NCBI RefSeq assembly: GCF_037042905.1
Contig: NC_087252.1
Location: 2,978,001 to 3,042,000, forward strand
DNA: 64,000 nt
Direction: 5' to 3'
DNA from: Lytechinus pictus
Lineage: Eukaryota
The position numbers and the translations under genes were made by a program. Below are positions 52,683 to 64,000 of this stretch, piece after piece. A model generated the notes under the pieces. The model saw nothing but the letters and a program-made list of their open reading frames with translations, was not told where the DNA came from and did not search any database. Positions within the stretch are counted from its first letter, which is position 1. Every line of letters begins with the position of its first letter.

Positions 52683-54665
52683 AGCTGCACATGCACTTTT
52701 CCTGTGAGGAATGAACTAAAGAATAGTCTACCCAGGAGTGATACGCTTGTCTTGTCAGCGTCATGGCTGCTGGAGTTGATGGGACACATTCCATTGTTGA
52801 GAAACGCAAGGGCATTACGAATGCACAAAGTTGAAAGACCGGCAAGGTTGTTTAATGAGTACTAGCGGAAAAGGAAGCTGTTCGACCTATATGATTGTAT
52901 GATCCATTTATCTAAAATCACAGCACGCTTGTACCGCCGAGTGATTTCAAGATACATGTATTTGTTTGGTATGTTCGTATTGGAAAAAATGAGCTAAAGT
53001 CGGCATAAACTTTTATTTTGTGGGAAATTATCGTACCAATCTGAATTTCCAACTTTTCACTAATCAAAGTCAGAGTCTATGTTGCAATCATTATTAATCA
53101 ATGACTACGAACACTTGATTATTTGAACAATCAGAATTGTAATCAATTTTCAGCATTCCATGGAATATTTAAGATTCGGTTATTATCACCCTATATATTA
53201 TTCTCGAGCAACCGATATTGTCTGTTTTATGTTCGTCAATTTACACTAAAATGAAGAGATCGTAAATTTGTCATTATACATTTAAAATGAACAGGTCGAA
53301 AGATTTTCCTTTCAGGGTTATCAATCATGTTATCATCTGAGCTGCTATATAAAGCTGGTAGTATTTTACCTATTATAAACGCTCCGTTCATGCAATTTAC
53401 GCCTTATACAATGTAAGATATGAAAATATGTTATTTGTTAAAGAAGGCTATGCCAAATTTCTGACTAACGATATGCATTTGCTTATTCCATCCTTTGCAC
53501 GGTAAACATTCCAGTTTAAATCAATTTGTACTTTAGTTTAGATATAAGTTATGCAATTTTTTTTTTTTTGGGGGGGGGGTTAGAGTTGTAAACACGGTGT
53601 AATTTTATAAAATAATTCAGTAAAAAGCATTTCGTGGGAATTATCGTACAATGTTTCATATTTCAAATCGATCCCGTCATGGAATGGCCGATAGTCAACG
53701 TTAGTGCTGCCTATACTATCAGTACTAGGTTGTCTAGTAAACAAACAGGCCGGGAAAGGGTCTAGTCGTGATTCATAAAGACACATGTGGTACATACCGT
53801 GTGAGTAAAAAAAAAAAAAAAAAAAAAAAAACGAAGAAGAACAAAAACCCACTTTACACTTCAAAAATCCCCAATTTAATAAAGAACTGTATCATGAACG
53901 CATATGGTTGGAAAAGTATCCTTCCCCAAATAATTTGAAACCATATTTATGTAACCATACTTTCGTGAATGCAGCAGCCAAAGATTAATTGATCAGTTGG
54001 AAGAAACATAAACATACACAAAATAAATGATGAATACTTGTTATCATTGAGTTACATGTTTGTCTAATTTAGGTGTTTCTACATAAAGGCCTCAAGTTAA
54101 TAAAATGTTGTAAATACTAATATTATATCAAATTAAACTATACATGTACATGCTTTCTTTTAAACTGTTCAATTGATTATAAATATTCAACCATTCCTTT
54201 TACACTTATAATTTATTATGAGACTTGGTTAAATGTGATAACATAAGTTCAAAGCAAGCTGCGAAATTTGTGTACTGTCATATAATCTAACAATATATAT
54301 TTTGGCCATATTTTTTAATTGGAAAATTTGTATATAGTGTAGATAATACTGATCCAGGGCCAAAATTAGTCATTAAAAATGACCCATTATATATTGTGTG
54401 TAATCTGTCCATAAAGTAGAATGTGTATTTTATGTAGTAATAACGTCATCATTGTAATAAATGCAATTGAAATATTCCAAAATATGTAATGACTATATTC
54501 CACTTCTGTTGGTCGATGTGTTTCTGCGATACTCTACCCCCCCCCCCCACCAGTCCAATCCCTTATATAGTTTTCCCTTCGGTTTAAGCTTGAAATGGGG
54601 CATGTTCTTTGCTTGTGGATGGGTCTTGATATTTGATGGGTTGTGTTTGTGAGTCATCTTATTAA

Positions 54666-55261
54666 AGGACAAGTCCACCCCAACAAAAACTTGATTTGAA
54701 TAAGAAGAGAAAAATTCAACAAGCATAACACTGAAAATGTCATCAAAATCGGATGTAAAATAAGAAAGTTATGGCATTTTAAAGTTTCGCTTCATTTCAC
54801 AAAACAGTTATTTGCACATCTCGGTCGGTATGCACATGAGGAACTGATGACATCACTCACTCACTATTTCTTTTGTATTTTATTATATGAAATATTTGTA
54901 TTTTCTCGTCATTGTCATGTGAAATGAAGTTTAATTCCTCCCTGAACACGTGGAATTCCATTATTTTAACATTTTGTGCTTCAGGCAAGGAGGTCCTAAT
55001 CGTCAAATTCATAAAAATTGAAATATTGTATAATTCAAATAATAAAAAAACAAAAGAAATAGTGAGCGAGTGACATCATCTACTCTCTCATTTGGATGTA
55101 ACTGGCTCCTTCATATAACTATTTTGTTAAAAATAAGCGAAACTTTGAAATGTCATAACTTTCTTATTTTACATCCGATTTTGATGAAATTGTCAGCATT
55201 GAGCTTGTGTGATTTTTCTCTATTGATTCAAATCAACATTTTTCTGAGGTGGACTTGGCCT
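54666..55261. mobile_element. TTAA-flanked (Kolobok-like) MITE
   Basis: ttaa-aggacaagtccacc...ggtggacttggcct-ttaa with long imperfect inverted arms. Confidence 0.88.
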
Positions 55262-56200
55262 TTAATTAATATTAGGGGAGGGGGTGATTGTATTTGTGTG
55301 TTTGTAAGGGTGCATGGGTAGAGGTGTTGGAGAGGATAATTGAGAGGTAATGTTAAATCTAAAGTGCGTCATTTTAAGGGACAGTGTTGTTCTCCCCCCC
55401 CCCCCCTCTCTTCTCCTCTCTTTCTCTCACTACCTCATCTTCACATGTACATCAACACATTCACCAACCCATGCACGTTTTAGGAATGCATTCCACCCCT
55501 CTTTTATCTCCTTTCCCCTTTTCTTCCCAAACCTCTCTTTGTCGCTCTTTCTGTTACTTGTTCTTGTCTTCTTGTGTCTTCTCCTTCTTTCTCCCCTCTT
55601 TCCCTACTCCTATTCCTCCTGGAGTCCCATTGCCCTCGTTCTTGTTCTCTATATCATTGAATTTCTTTTGACATCTTCGGGGTTTCAATATACATTTTCA
55701 TACTCTCTGGCTGAGACACACACACAACAAAAATTATTGAATTAATGTCAATACAAGAGTACGAATATGCACTATGGTTAGTATTCAAATAAGTTACAAT
55801 TGAATAATTACAATTTTCCTTTCTCAGTGGAATAAAAAGAAGCAAATGCTGTTTGCAACGGGGCGTATAGTTATTATGTACATGATAATTATGCTTGGAA
55901 GTTCATGAATTGATAGAATGAAATAAGATTCGGGGTCTTTAAAAGATGGAGTTTAATATAACATACTGGGTGGACAATGTGGAACAATTCAGTGTTTTTG
56001 TAGTTTGGATGTAGAGTAGATCATTTGCGTTGAAATCTGAAGAGAGAATGAGATACAAAGCAAGGGTGTGTTCATTTGAATTCGGGAGACAAAAGTATCA
56101 AAAATTCCAGAATGGCTCCTGACCGCCATTTTGAAATAAATCTCAGTTTTGGAGGGCCAAAAACAACAGTGATACTGAAAAGTGAATTATGGGGGCTTAG

Positions 56201-56681
56201 ATGACAAGTACACCCGAAATGAGGAAAAAATCCAAGAAGCATAACACTGAAAAATTTAATCCAAATTGGATGTAAAGTAAGAAAGTTATGACATTTGAAA
56301 GTCTCGCTTAATTTCACAAAACATTTATGCACATCCTGGTTGTCAAGGGGGAAAATGATTAATTCCTTCATGAATTTATGGAATTAGCATTGCTATATGG
56401 TTAAGTCAAGTGGATCCTTGTAGTCAAATCTGTAAAAAATTGAATATTCTATAATTCAAACTATAAAACAAAACAAATAGTGAGGAACATCACAGACTCT
56501 CTCATTCGCATACCACTGAGCAGCTGAGTTGTGCATATCACTGTTTTGTGAAAAATAAGCGAAACTTTAAAATATAATAATTTTTTTTTTTACATCCGAT
56601 TTTGATGAAATTCCAGCGTTATGCTAGTTATTTTTTTTCTATTTATTCAAATAATTTTTTTTTCTGGGATGGACTTGACAT
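56201..56681. mobile_element. Older copy of the 54666 MITE family
   Basis: atgacaagtacacc...ggatggacttgacat-ttaa; internal sequence homologous to 54666-55261. Confidence 0.8.
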
Positions 56682-57420
56682 TTAAATATAGTGAAATCCA
56701 ATTTCGCGATTATTACAATTATGTCTAATGATTTGATCTTTATTGGGCCTTTAAATCCAAGAATGCCAGCATATTTTCTAATTATCAGAAAAGCATAGTA
56801 TTAAGGCCTTGAAGAAGGGCCTGATCACACTTAAGCTAGTGATTTACGTATAACATCATGATATTATTATCAAAATATCTGTTGATGTTTATACCCCCCC
56901 CCAAAAAAAAAAAAAAAAACATAATCCATATACCTTGATTCTTATTTTATTATCAAATTATTCTATCATGGCTCTACGGTTAGTTGGCTTGCCCGAGTTT
57001 AATCTATACTTTCGGAATTGGTATACTTGACACATTTTTTAAATCTATACCTCAAGGTACATCATTAGCAGAACATTTAGTGTTACAAATGACCCGACGA
57101 TCCAAAAAAATGTCAATGTGCTTAGCAAAGCATACAGAGATTATATATGTTAACGTGCAATTAAGTTGTCGGTATTTAATTAAAATAGAATGAGGGTTGA
57201 TTTCACTTTCTTTTTTCGAGAGAGATAGAAAAAAAAACTCTCAAGCGATCCATATTTACAAAAAGGCATTTGATCATGCATTAAGAAGAGTACACAAGGT
57301 TGATTTGTTTTTTTTAGTTATAAAACATGGCGAAAACAATCTTCCGATATTGTTTTCGCCATGTCATATAACTATCAAAGCTGAGCTATGCTTCTTTTAT
57401 TTATGAATAAGGAGCATCGT

Positions 57421-57461
<41 letters not shown>

Positions 57462-57795
57462 GGGGGGGGGGGGGGTAATTTAAACATGGTCCATGATTTA
57501 AAGAAGCGAATAGCAGCTATGTTTATACACGTCGCTATATAAAGCACCGTATTGTGTATTTGTTACCCTTTCCAAGCATTTTGGTTTCTGAAAAAAATCC
57601 GATAAGACCTTAGTTCCTATTTTTGATCATAAATTATGCCATATTAAATTTATATAGAAAATATTAATCGGCAATCACCCTAAACTTGAATCTTCGAATA
57701 TCAAAATGATTTCAGGCACCACGGAATATACAAATCGATATAATTTATATGACGTTCGAAACATGTTAAAGTCTTTCTTTCTGTAGGGTTGCAAA

Positions 57796-58142
57796 CAGTG
57801 GTGTACCTAGGATTTTCCACAGGGGGGGCAAAATCGACCGCCAAAAAATTTGAAAAGCAAAAAAAAAAAAAAAAAGGTCTTCAATGAAAACATGAAGGTT
57901 TTCGTACCAGACAAAAATTGACAAGCAAAAAAAAAAAAAAAAAAAAAAAAATTCAATCTCATCAGGGGGGAGGGGGGGGGCAATAAAGGTCTTCAAGCTC
58001 GTCAGGGGGGGGGGGGTAAAAAAGGTCTTTTAAGCTCGTCAGGGGGGCAGGTATATGTCTTTTGTATGGGTTGTGGCTCGTCAGGGGGGGGGGCAGAGTG
58101 CCCCCTCTGCCCCCCCCCCCCCCCCCCGTAGGTACGCTAGTG
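57796..58142. mobile_element. hAT-like MITE with 8-bp TSD GTTGCAAA (same family as 9077-9387, opposite orientation)
   Basis: cagtggtgtacctaggattttccac...ggtacgctagtg flanked by gttgcaaa. Confidence 0.9.
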
Positions 58143-58606
58143 GTTGCAAATCGAATTCGGAAAGCAAGCTCTTGCTAAATATGCGTGATTCTTATATTCA
58201 GTACATGATCATTAGCCAAATAACTATATCCTGAAAACCAGCTCCAGGCACTTCCTTTTAAAGCGTGTCTCGTCCCAAATAAAGGAATTTTATCGCATAA
58301 GATATTTTCTTTTTATTCTTAAAGTAACCTTTACCTTCCAAAAATCAAGTAATATTAGATGTGCTTGTAAATGCCAATTGTGATTCACACACCATTTGTG
58401 TTCATTCTCCCCTCACGTCCGTGATTCTACCATGGAGCTCCATGGTTCTACCGATCCACTCCTGTTATAACGATATGCCAAGCTCAATCACCATGATCAC
58501 ACATAATTATAACTCTCATAGAATCATCAATAAATACATGTCTTTGTAAATTGTCAATGTCAAGAATGAGAATTAAAAAAAAAAATCGTTAATTGATTTA
58601 TTCTGT

Positions 58607-58892
58607 TCAATCATGTTTTTCTTTAGAAGAAGAGAAACATTTCCGTTTACAGAACCTAAGAGCGCATCGAATGCTAAATAAAGAAACCGCTAATATTACT
58701 GAGACCAAGGCTAGGAGAAAGGCCAAAACATCTAGCATATTACGCTGTATAAAGTTGAGCCCAATCAGTGGGCTTCTCATGTAGCCACCTCCATGCTTCA
58801 TCACGTGATTTACCCAGAATGCAGCGCGATCGCCAGGATGCATCGACCTACTTTGCAGACGAGAGGACAGTAGCTTTGCCACCTCCGAGTAA
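58607..58892 (-). CDS. UGT last exon (TM plus ER retrieval signal)
   Basis: YSEVAKLLS...AAFWVNHVMKHGG...LDVLAFLLALVSVILAVSLF...KEKHD-stop. Confidence 0.96.
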
Positions 58893-61800
58893 CTGCGAAT
58901 ACGAAAGGTAAAACATTCATAATTAGCACTGTGAATACGGGGAAATTCTGAGTTCAAATCTTTCTGAAGGAACAGACCAAAATTCGTGTTGTTTCCAAAG
59001 ACATAGGGGGTGTTGCAAGAAAATATTTGCGATCAATTGCAAATATTCTGTTGCAATTTTACAACTGACAGATCAACGTTAGCTATAGCAAATCAGATTT
59101 CAACTTCTTGTTTTAAGGAGCAGATTAGCAATCAATCTTTAATTTGCAATTAACTGCAAGACATATGATTGATTTAGGGACCAAAAATAGACTTGCAATT
59201 GATCGCAAGTTTCTTGCAACACCCCAATAGAATACTATCGGTCGCTTTGGCGTCACTTCCACGATAGCGAGAGTGAAACATATCTAAAAGAAACGCTTTT
59301 TGTAACCAGGGATTTAATAGATGTTTAGGAGAAATTGGGTTATCGAATACATTATTTTGATGATGTGGAAGTAGTATTGATATGTAGGAACAATTCACAG
59401 CACTCTTTAAAAGATGAACGTGATATGAGCGTTGAACAAAAATAAGGTCATGGATGCGATTATATCGCTTTATCCATGGGCGTCAATCCAGGTGGATGGA
59501 ACAAGAGCAAACGTTAAGTGATAATTAATTGAAAGGCATGTGTTTCATATCATTGTTTTTGTTTTCTTCAAAATATATTGAATACAGTACGAAATGTCCT
59601 TGAAATGTCGATAGGGATTTTTTTTAACATACAATGGTGTGAACTGGATCCGGATTTGACTGCACAGCCTAAAGCCCGATTTCAACCATATCCCTCAAGG
59701 TTCTAAAATAGAAATCTACTCCCGTGCAATAACCATGAAAAATAAATGATTAAATACCTATTGTTGTTGAAGATTGTCTTTATTGCATCGTCTAGTACAT
59801 CAACAGTTACTTTGGTCTTGTCAAGGACTTTCCCAAAACCGTGATGCGTCAGTCGAGACCCCTGATCTATGGCATCCCCTGTGAGTGGTATTAGAATAGC
59901 TGGGACACCATGGTACATGGTCTCGTAAAACCCGTTGTTGCCGCCATGGAAGATGAATAGACGTGTCTTCGGGTGACCTGAAAGACCACACAATTGCAAA
60001 GTTTGAATGCGTTAAGATTACCAACGACTTTTGTGAAGATTGCCAACTTCTTTTGTTAGTTGGAGACAATCTTTAGCATAATCTTCTTCAAAAACAGAAC
60101 TCTCAGTAACCCTAACCCCAACCCTATCCTTACCTAAAATATCATTCTGTGGCAGCCATGGCATCATCTTTACATTTGACGGTATCTTGAACTTAGGTTC
60201 ACCGACGAACTGCCACAAAACCTTGTGCTGCGGATACCGACCAAAGACCTCGGCAAATGGTTCAAGGAATTCTTGTTTGATTTGGGTAACATAAGTACCG
60301 AGTGTGAATAAGATGACGCCACCATCGCCAGATGACTGCATAAGGGCCTCTAGGTCCTGGAAAAATAAAGGAACAGTTAAGCATCAAAATTGTAGTCCTG
60401 TGGTATTTACTCAGAAATTAATAAATTTATATACATTCATACCGTTGAAATCTGGTGGGAAAAAAAAATCATTTTTTTTTTTTTACAAGTTTACACCTAG
60501 TTACCAATAATACATATAGTATTTCCATTTATTTTAAAGCAGGATAAAAGAGCATTGTATATTAAATGCCTTGCTCACGGGCATAGGTGCCGCGGCCGGG
60601 GATCGAACCCGGACTTTATCATTTATAGCCAGGCGCCTTAGACCACTCGTCCACGGCACCTCCATCGTTTAACCGAGTATATTAATCTAGCTCTCTCTCT
60701 CTCCTTTATGTGTACGTTTTTTCCTTTTTCTTCTTTTTTCTGTCTATTTCTCCTGTTTGTTGTTGTTAATGTGTTAGTTTGTTCAGCTTCGGTGTCTGAT
60801 TATCCGGGGAGAAGGGGGACTCATGGGGCGGGAGAATGAAAAAAAAAATACACTCAATCATTCAATTTGCTAACGTTATGTGATAATTTATAATTGCTTT
60901 AGCTGCATACAATAGTCGTTGAAAATGCTTTTTTTGTATGATTTTGGATTATGTCTCTGTCTTGAAATTATATGTTATTTTTTATTCATCATTTGATTTG
61001 TGTGTTCACAGCCGCAATTGATTTGTTATGTTATTTTTTGTATAATATTTTCTATATTATGTATGTATGAATTTCATTTGAAGTGAATGAATAATAAAGA
61101 TTACTACAAAACAATAATAATTTTCATAAAAATACGTTAGAAAATAGATGTATCCCTTACCTGAGGGCAGTGGTGAATTTATTTCCCACATACGTCAATT
61201 TAAAAAAAATGTACAAGATTTCAAAATGTGTGGTTATGATTAACGGTTTCCCCCCTTTGAACGAGGAATAGATTTCTTTCACAAACACATCAAGGGTCCA
61301 AAATCAAACCACGGTAGGTAAATACTAAATTTGATTTATTTACCCAATGACAGATTACAAACTTCGAGCAAGTTCAATTATTACCAAAAATTATTGAGGT
61401 CAATAGAACCTTGGGAGGAAAAGGCAGAGCCAGTATTGTTTACAAATCATTCAAACATCGGTGGGAATCACATTGACTTAGATAAACTAATGATGAATTC
61501 TATGAAGGAGGATTTTCGGGCTAAAATTAATGTAATTCTTTCATTAAAAAAAAAAAAAGAAAACAAGTTTTTTTAAGAAACAAAATATCTCCGATAGAGG
61601 GTGCTAGATATCCAAGATTTGAATATATGAAATGTTCACAGAGAAGTGGCGGTTGGAAGATCTAAACTGTCTTTACACCTCCGTTAGCTTGGTATGTTAG
61701 ACAATACTAGATTATAATTCACATTACTTGCCCTTGTTTACTCAACGAAAGACAAGCGTTAAAATTAAGTTGTGTTTGTTAGTCTTCTTGCACCAAGCCT

Positions 61801-63229
61801 CAGGGTCCCGTAACACAAAGGTTAGTGATTAATCGTACTCTTAATTTTTTTTACGATTGATTGTACATTTTATTCAATGCAATCAAACGTAAAAAATGTT
61901 ACAGGATGATTATTGAGCTTTGTGTTACGAGGCCAAGAGCTTACATCTGGTAATGGTGCTGCCGGCCTTGCAGTGATTCCTCCGATGGTGATGATATTCG
62001 GGAGGAGCGGCAGCGGGTACTCCACCGCAAAATCCATATTGACCAGGAATAGATCGGTGTAGGTCCCAATGAGGTCCGAAATAGATCCTTGCAGATCTTG
62101 CCTGATCTGATGTCGTTCTCTGACTGTGTTGAACGGCCCATGCATGTACTCTAATACCTGGAATAATATTTGATTGGCTACTACGTTGTTTACACGCTGT
62201 AGATAAAACAAAAAGCGAAATAAGATTATTTTAAAAGATGTTCCATTTGGATTTCAACTTTCAGCGATTGTCATATAAAGGAATGAAGACGTTTGGTGTA
62301 CATTTTTTTATTATGGTCTAACTCTAAGGATACAGAATGTTGTAGCCAACAATGATGTATGTGGTAAGAGAAGACAAGCAAAATCAGAAGAACTGAAAAT
62401 GGGAGTTAATATTTGATGGAAATCTAATTTTGTAAATTTATAAAAGTTATGCTTCTGAGATTATTTTTAAGGCATCAATTTAGGCCTTTGATGACAAGAA
62501 TGAAGTTTGCAATCCAGTATATACAAATGATAATTTCCACGTGTGTAATATAAAGGGATCTAAGTTGAGAAGGTTAGTATTGTTGGCTTTGTCATGCAGT
62601 AGATCTTTAACAGAATTTCTCTGCTACATAAGTATCTAAAACTGTATTTTTAAGGGTGCAATTTATGGGCGCAAAATGCACATACATACACACACAATGT
62701 TCTTCCACACACAATATTATTTTATGCAGTAGCCAATGCGCAAAGTGTTTATTTCACATTTTAATGGGCATACTTCATCATTTGGCGCACAATTACATTT
62801 ATCCCAACTTGTTGCATTTGATCTTGAAGGATGCGATTTGGGAAATACATATATATTTTTTAAATGAACTGAAACATTTTGGGAAAAAAATCATTCAACC
62901 ATGCTTACTTGTAGAAAGGACATTTTATTCGTATAGGCATTCATACAGTCTGGAGTGTAAGCCAAATTGACTGGATTTCGTGCGTACATGGACAGCATCG
63001 TCGGCACAGCCATTGGGGAAGACAACACTGCGGTTGTGTTCAGTTTCATGGCCACCATCAGACTGCACAACCAGATCATGTCATAGACGACCACGTCGAA
63101 CTTGCCGTCTTCGAGTTGGTGCATGACGTCGGGGTTTCCGAGGAGGTCTTCGCAGTCGTCCGCCGCACCTTGACGATGGGTTTGCATGAGGTTGATGATG
63201 TATGTCGCCGTACTTGGTTCAAGGGCATT
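58607..63229 (-). CDS. UDP-glucuronosyl/glycosyltransferase (GT1, UGT family), 5'-partial; exons 63229-62909, 62196-61945, 60356-60134, 59977-59758, 58892-58607
   Basis: UGT signature [34 protein letters not shown], plus MSFLQRV, C-terminal TM and KEKHD (KxKxx ER retrieval). Junctions are GT-AG and phase-consistent. The N-terminal exon(s) were not found in the window. Confidence 0.96.
59007..59225. mobile_element. MITE in the last UGT intron
   Basis: ggggtgttgcaagaaa...tttcttgcaacacccc. Confidence 0.85.
59758..59977 (-). CDS. UGT exon (220 nt, signature exon)
   Basis: [40 protein letters not shown]...IFNN. Confidence 0.97.
60134..60356 (-). CDS. UGT exon (223 nt)
   Basis: DLEALMQSSGDGGVILFTLGT...KVLWQF...WLPQNDIL. 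Confidence 0.96.
60565..60663 (-). mobile_element. tRNA-derived SINE in a UGT intron
   Basis: Reverse strand reads ggaggtgccgtggacgagtggtctaagg...gggttcgatcccc...gagcaaggcattt. Confidence 0.8.
61803..61934. mobile_element. Small MITE ~10 bp from a UGT splice donor
   Basis: cgtaacacaaag / ctttgtgttacg inverted termini. Confidence 0.65.
61945..62196 (-). CDS. UGT exon (252 nt)
   Basis: RVNNVV...LVNMDFAVEYPLPLLPNIITIGGITARPAAPLPD. Confidence 0.95.
62909..63229 (-). CDS. UGT exon (321 nt)
   Basis: NALEPSTATYIINLMQTHRQGAADDCEDLL...FDVVVYD...NKMSFLQ. Confidence 0.93.
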
Positions 63230-63409
63230 CTATGAATAGGTGGATGGTGAAACGACAATAGAGCTTGATTAAAAAATGAGTTAAATCTACTTTAGACCAA
63301 AATTGATTTTTGTTAAATACAAACATATGTATCTTAGACGTGGGAATCAAATGCAATATATCGCATTTGATAAAAAAAGGGAATGGTTGGTAAAAATTGA
63401 TTGCAAATT

Positions 63410-64000
63410 TGAGTTTTGTTCCGATAGGAGCTAAATCCAAAACAGTTTTGTTCCAAAGTAGCTGCAGTTATTTGAAATTTGTTATTTTCCTATCTTAAAT
63501 GAAGTAATGCATTCAATTTCGTAGGTACATGTTGTGGATACAAGTTCACACCATCAGTGCAAATTTTGACGAAAATAGAAGATTTTTACATTGTTTATGA
63601 ATATTTTTGGATTTAGCTCTTTTTGGAATTAGATATCGAAACGTCACCGTCCTTAGAAAAGATGACAAAATATCATATTTCTTTCTTTTAGTAATTTTCG
63701 ATGCATAAACATAAGGAAAGATGTGAAATGTACTCTAACATCCATATTTATGAGTTTCGTGTTCAATTTATAATATCAAAACTGTCTTAATTGACTAAAA
63801 TTGACATTTTACTGGGGTTTTAATCCAAAAGGAGCTAAATCCGTGAAAAATAACATTTCATTTTTTTTAATTGATACTAAATGCTAGATTTTTGAAATGA
63901 TGATTTAATTAATCTTAGATGGTAGTACTATCATCTATATCAAAATAATTTGCAGAAAAATACCAAAAGTGGATTTAGCTCCTTTTGGAACAAAACTCTT
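63410..64000. mobile_element. TIR-type repeat element
   Basis: gagttttgttcc...ggagctaaatcc mirrored by ggatttagctcc...ggaacaaaactc, with internal copies of the same motif. Confidence 0.7.

Noticed and set aside
55350..55745. Hydrophobic 131-aa ORF between the IgSF and UGT genes
   Set aside because: It derives from a CT-rich low-complexity tract and has no splice or homology support.

Overview
Eukaryotic, AT-rich, intron-containing genomic DNA. The repeat families and gene content suggest an invertebrate deuterostome, most likely a sea urchin (inference, not proven). Three spliced protein-coding genes could be reconstructed by hand with GT-AG junctions and consistent phases. (1) A partial NIDO-domain extracellular protein (SNED1/nidogen/tectorin-like) on the minus strand, four exons at 2431-5107. 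(2) A complete 12-exon type I membrane Ig-superfamily receptor on the plus strand (ATG 26299 to TGA 52682; 2919 nt, 972 aa): signal peptide, 5 Ig domains, FN3, a 21-nt microexon, an unassigned Cys-containing module, TM, and a Tyr-rich tail with an ITIM-like motif. (3) The last five exons of a UDP-glycosyltransferase (UGT) on the minus strand (58607-63229), whose conserved DQ motif reads DA. The rest is dense with non-autonomous DNA transposons (hAT-like with 8-bp TSDs including a nested pair, TTAA-flanked Kolobok-like, EnSpm/CACTA-like, foldbacks), tRNA-derived SINEs and an L1/Tx1 fragment. The most unusual object is a ~450-bp element with ~80-bp terminal inverted repeats. It carries a complete tRNA-like cloverleaf (12423-12494) with Pol III A/B boxes, a T5 terminator and UCA in the anticodon position.
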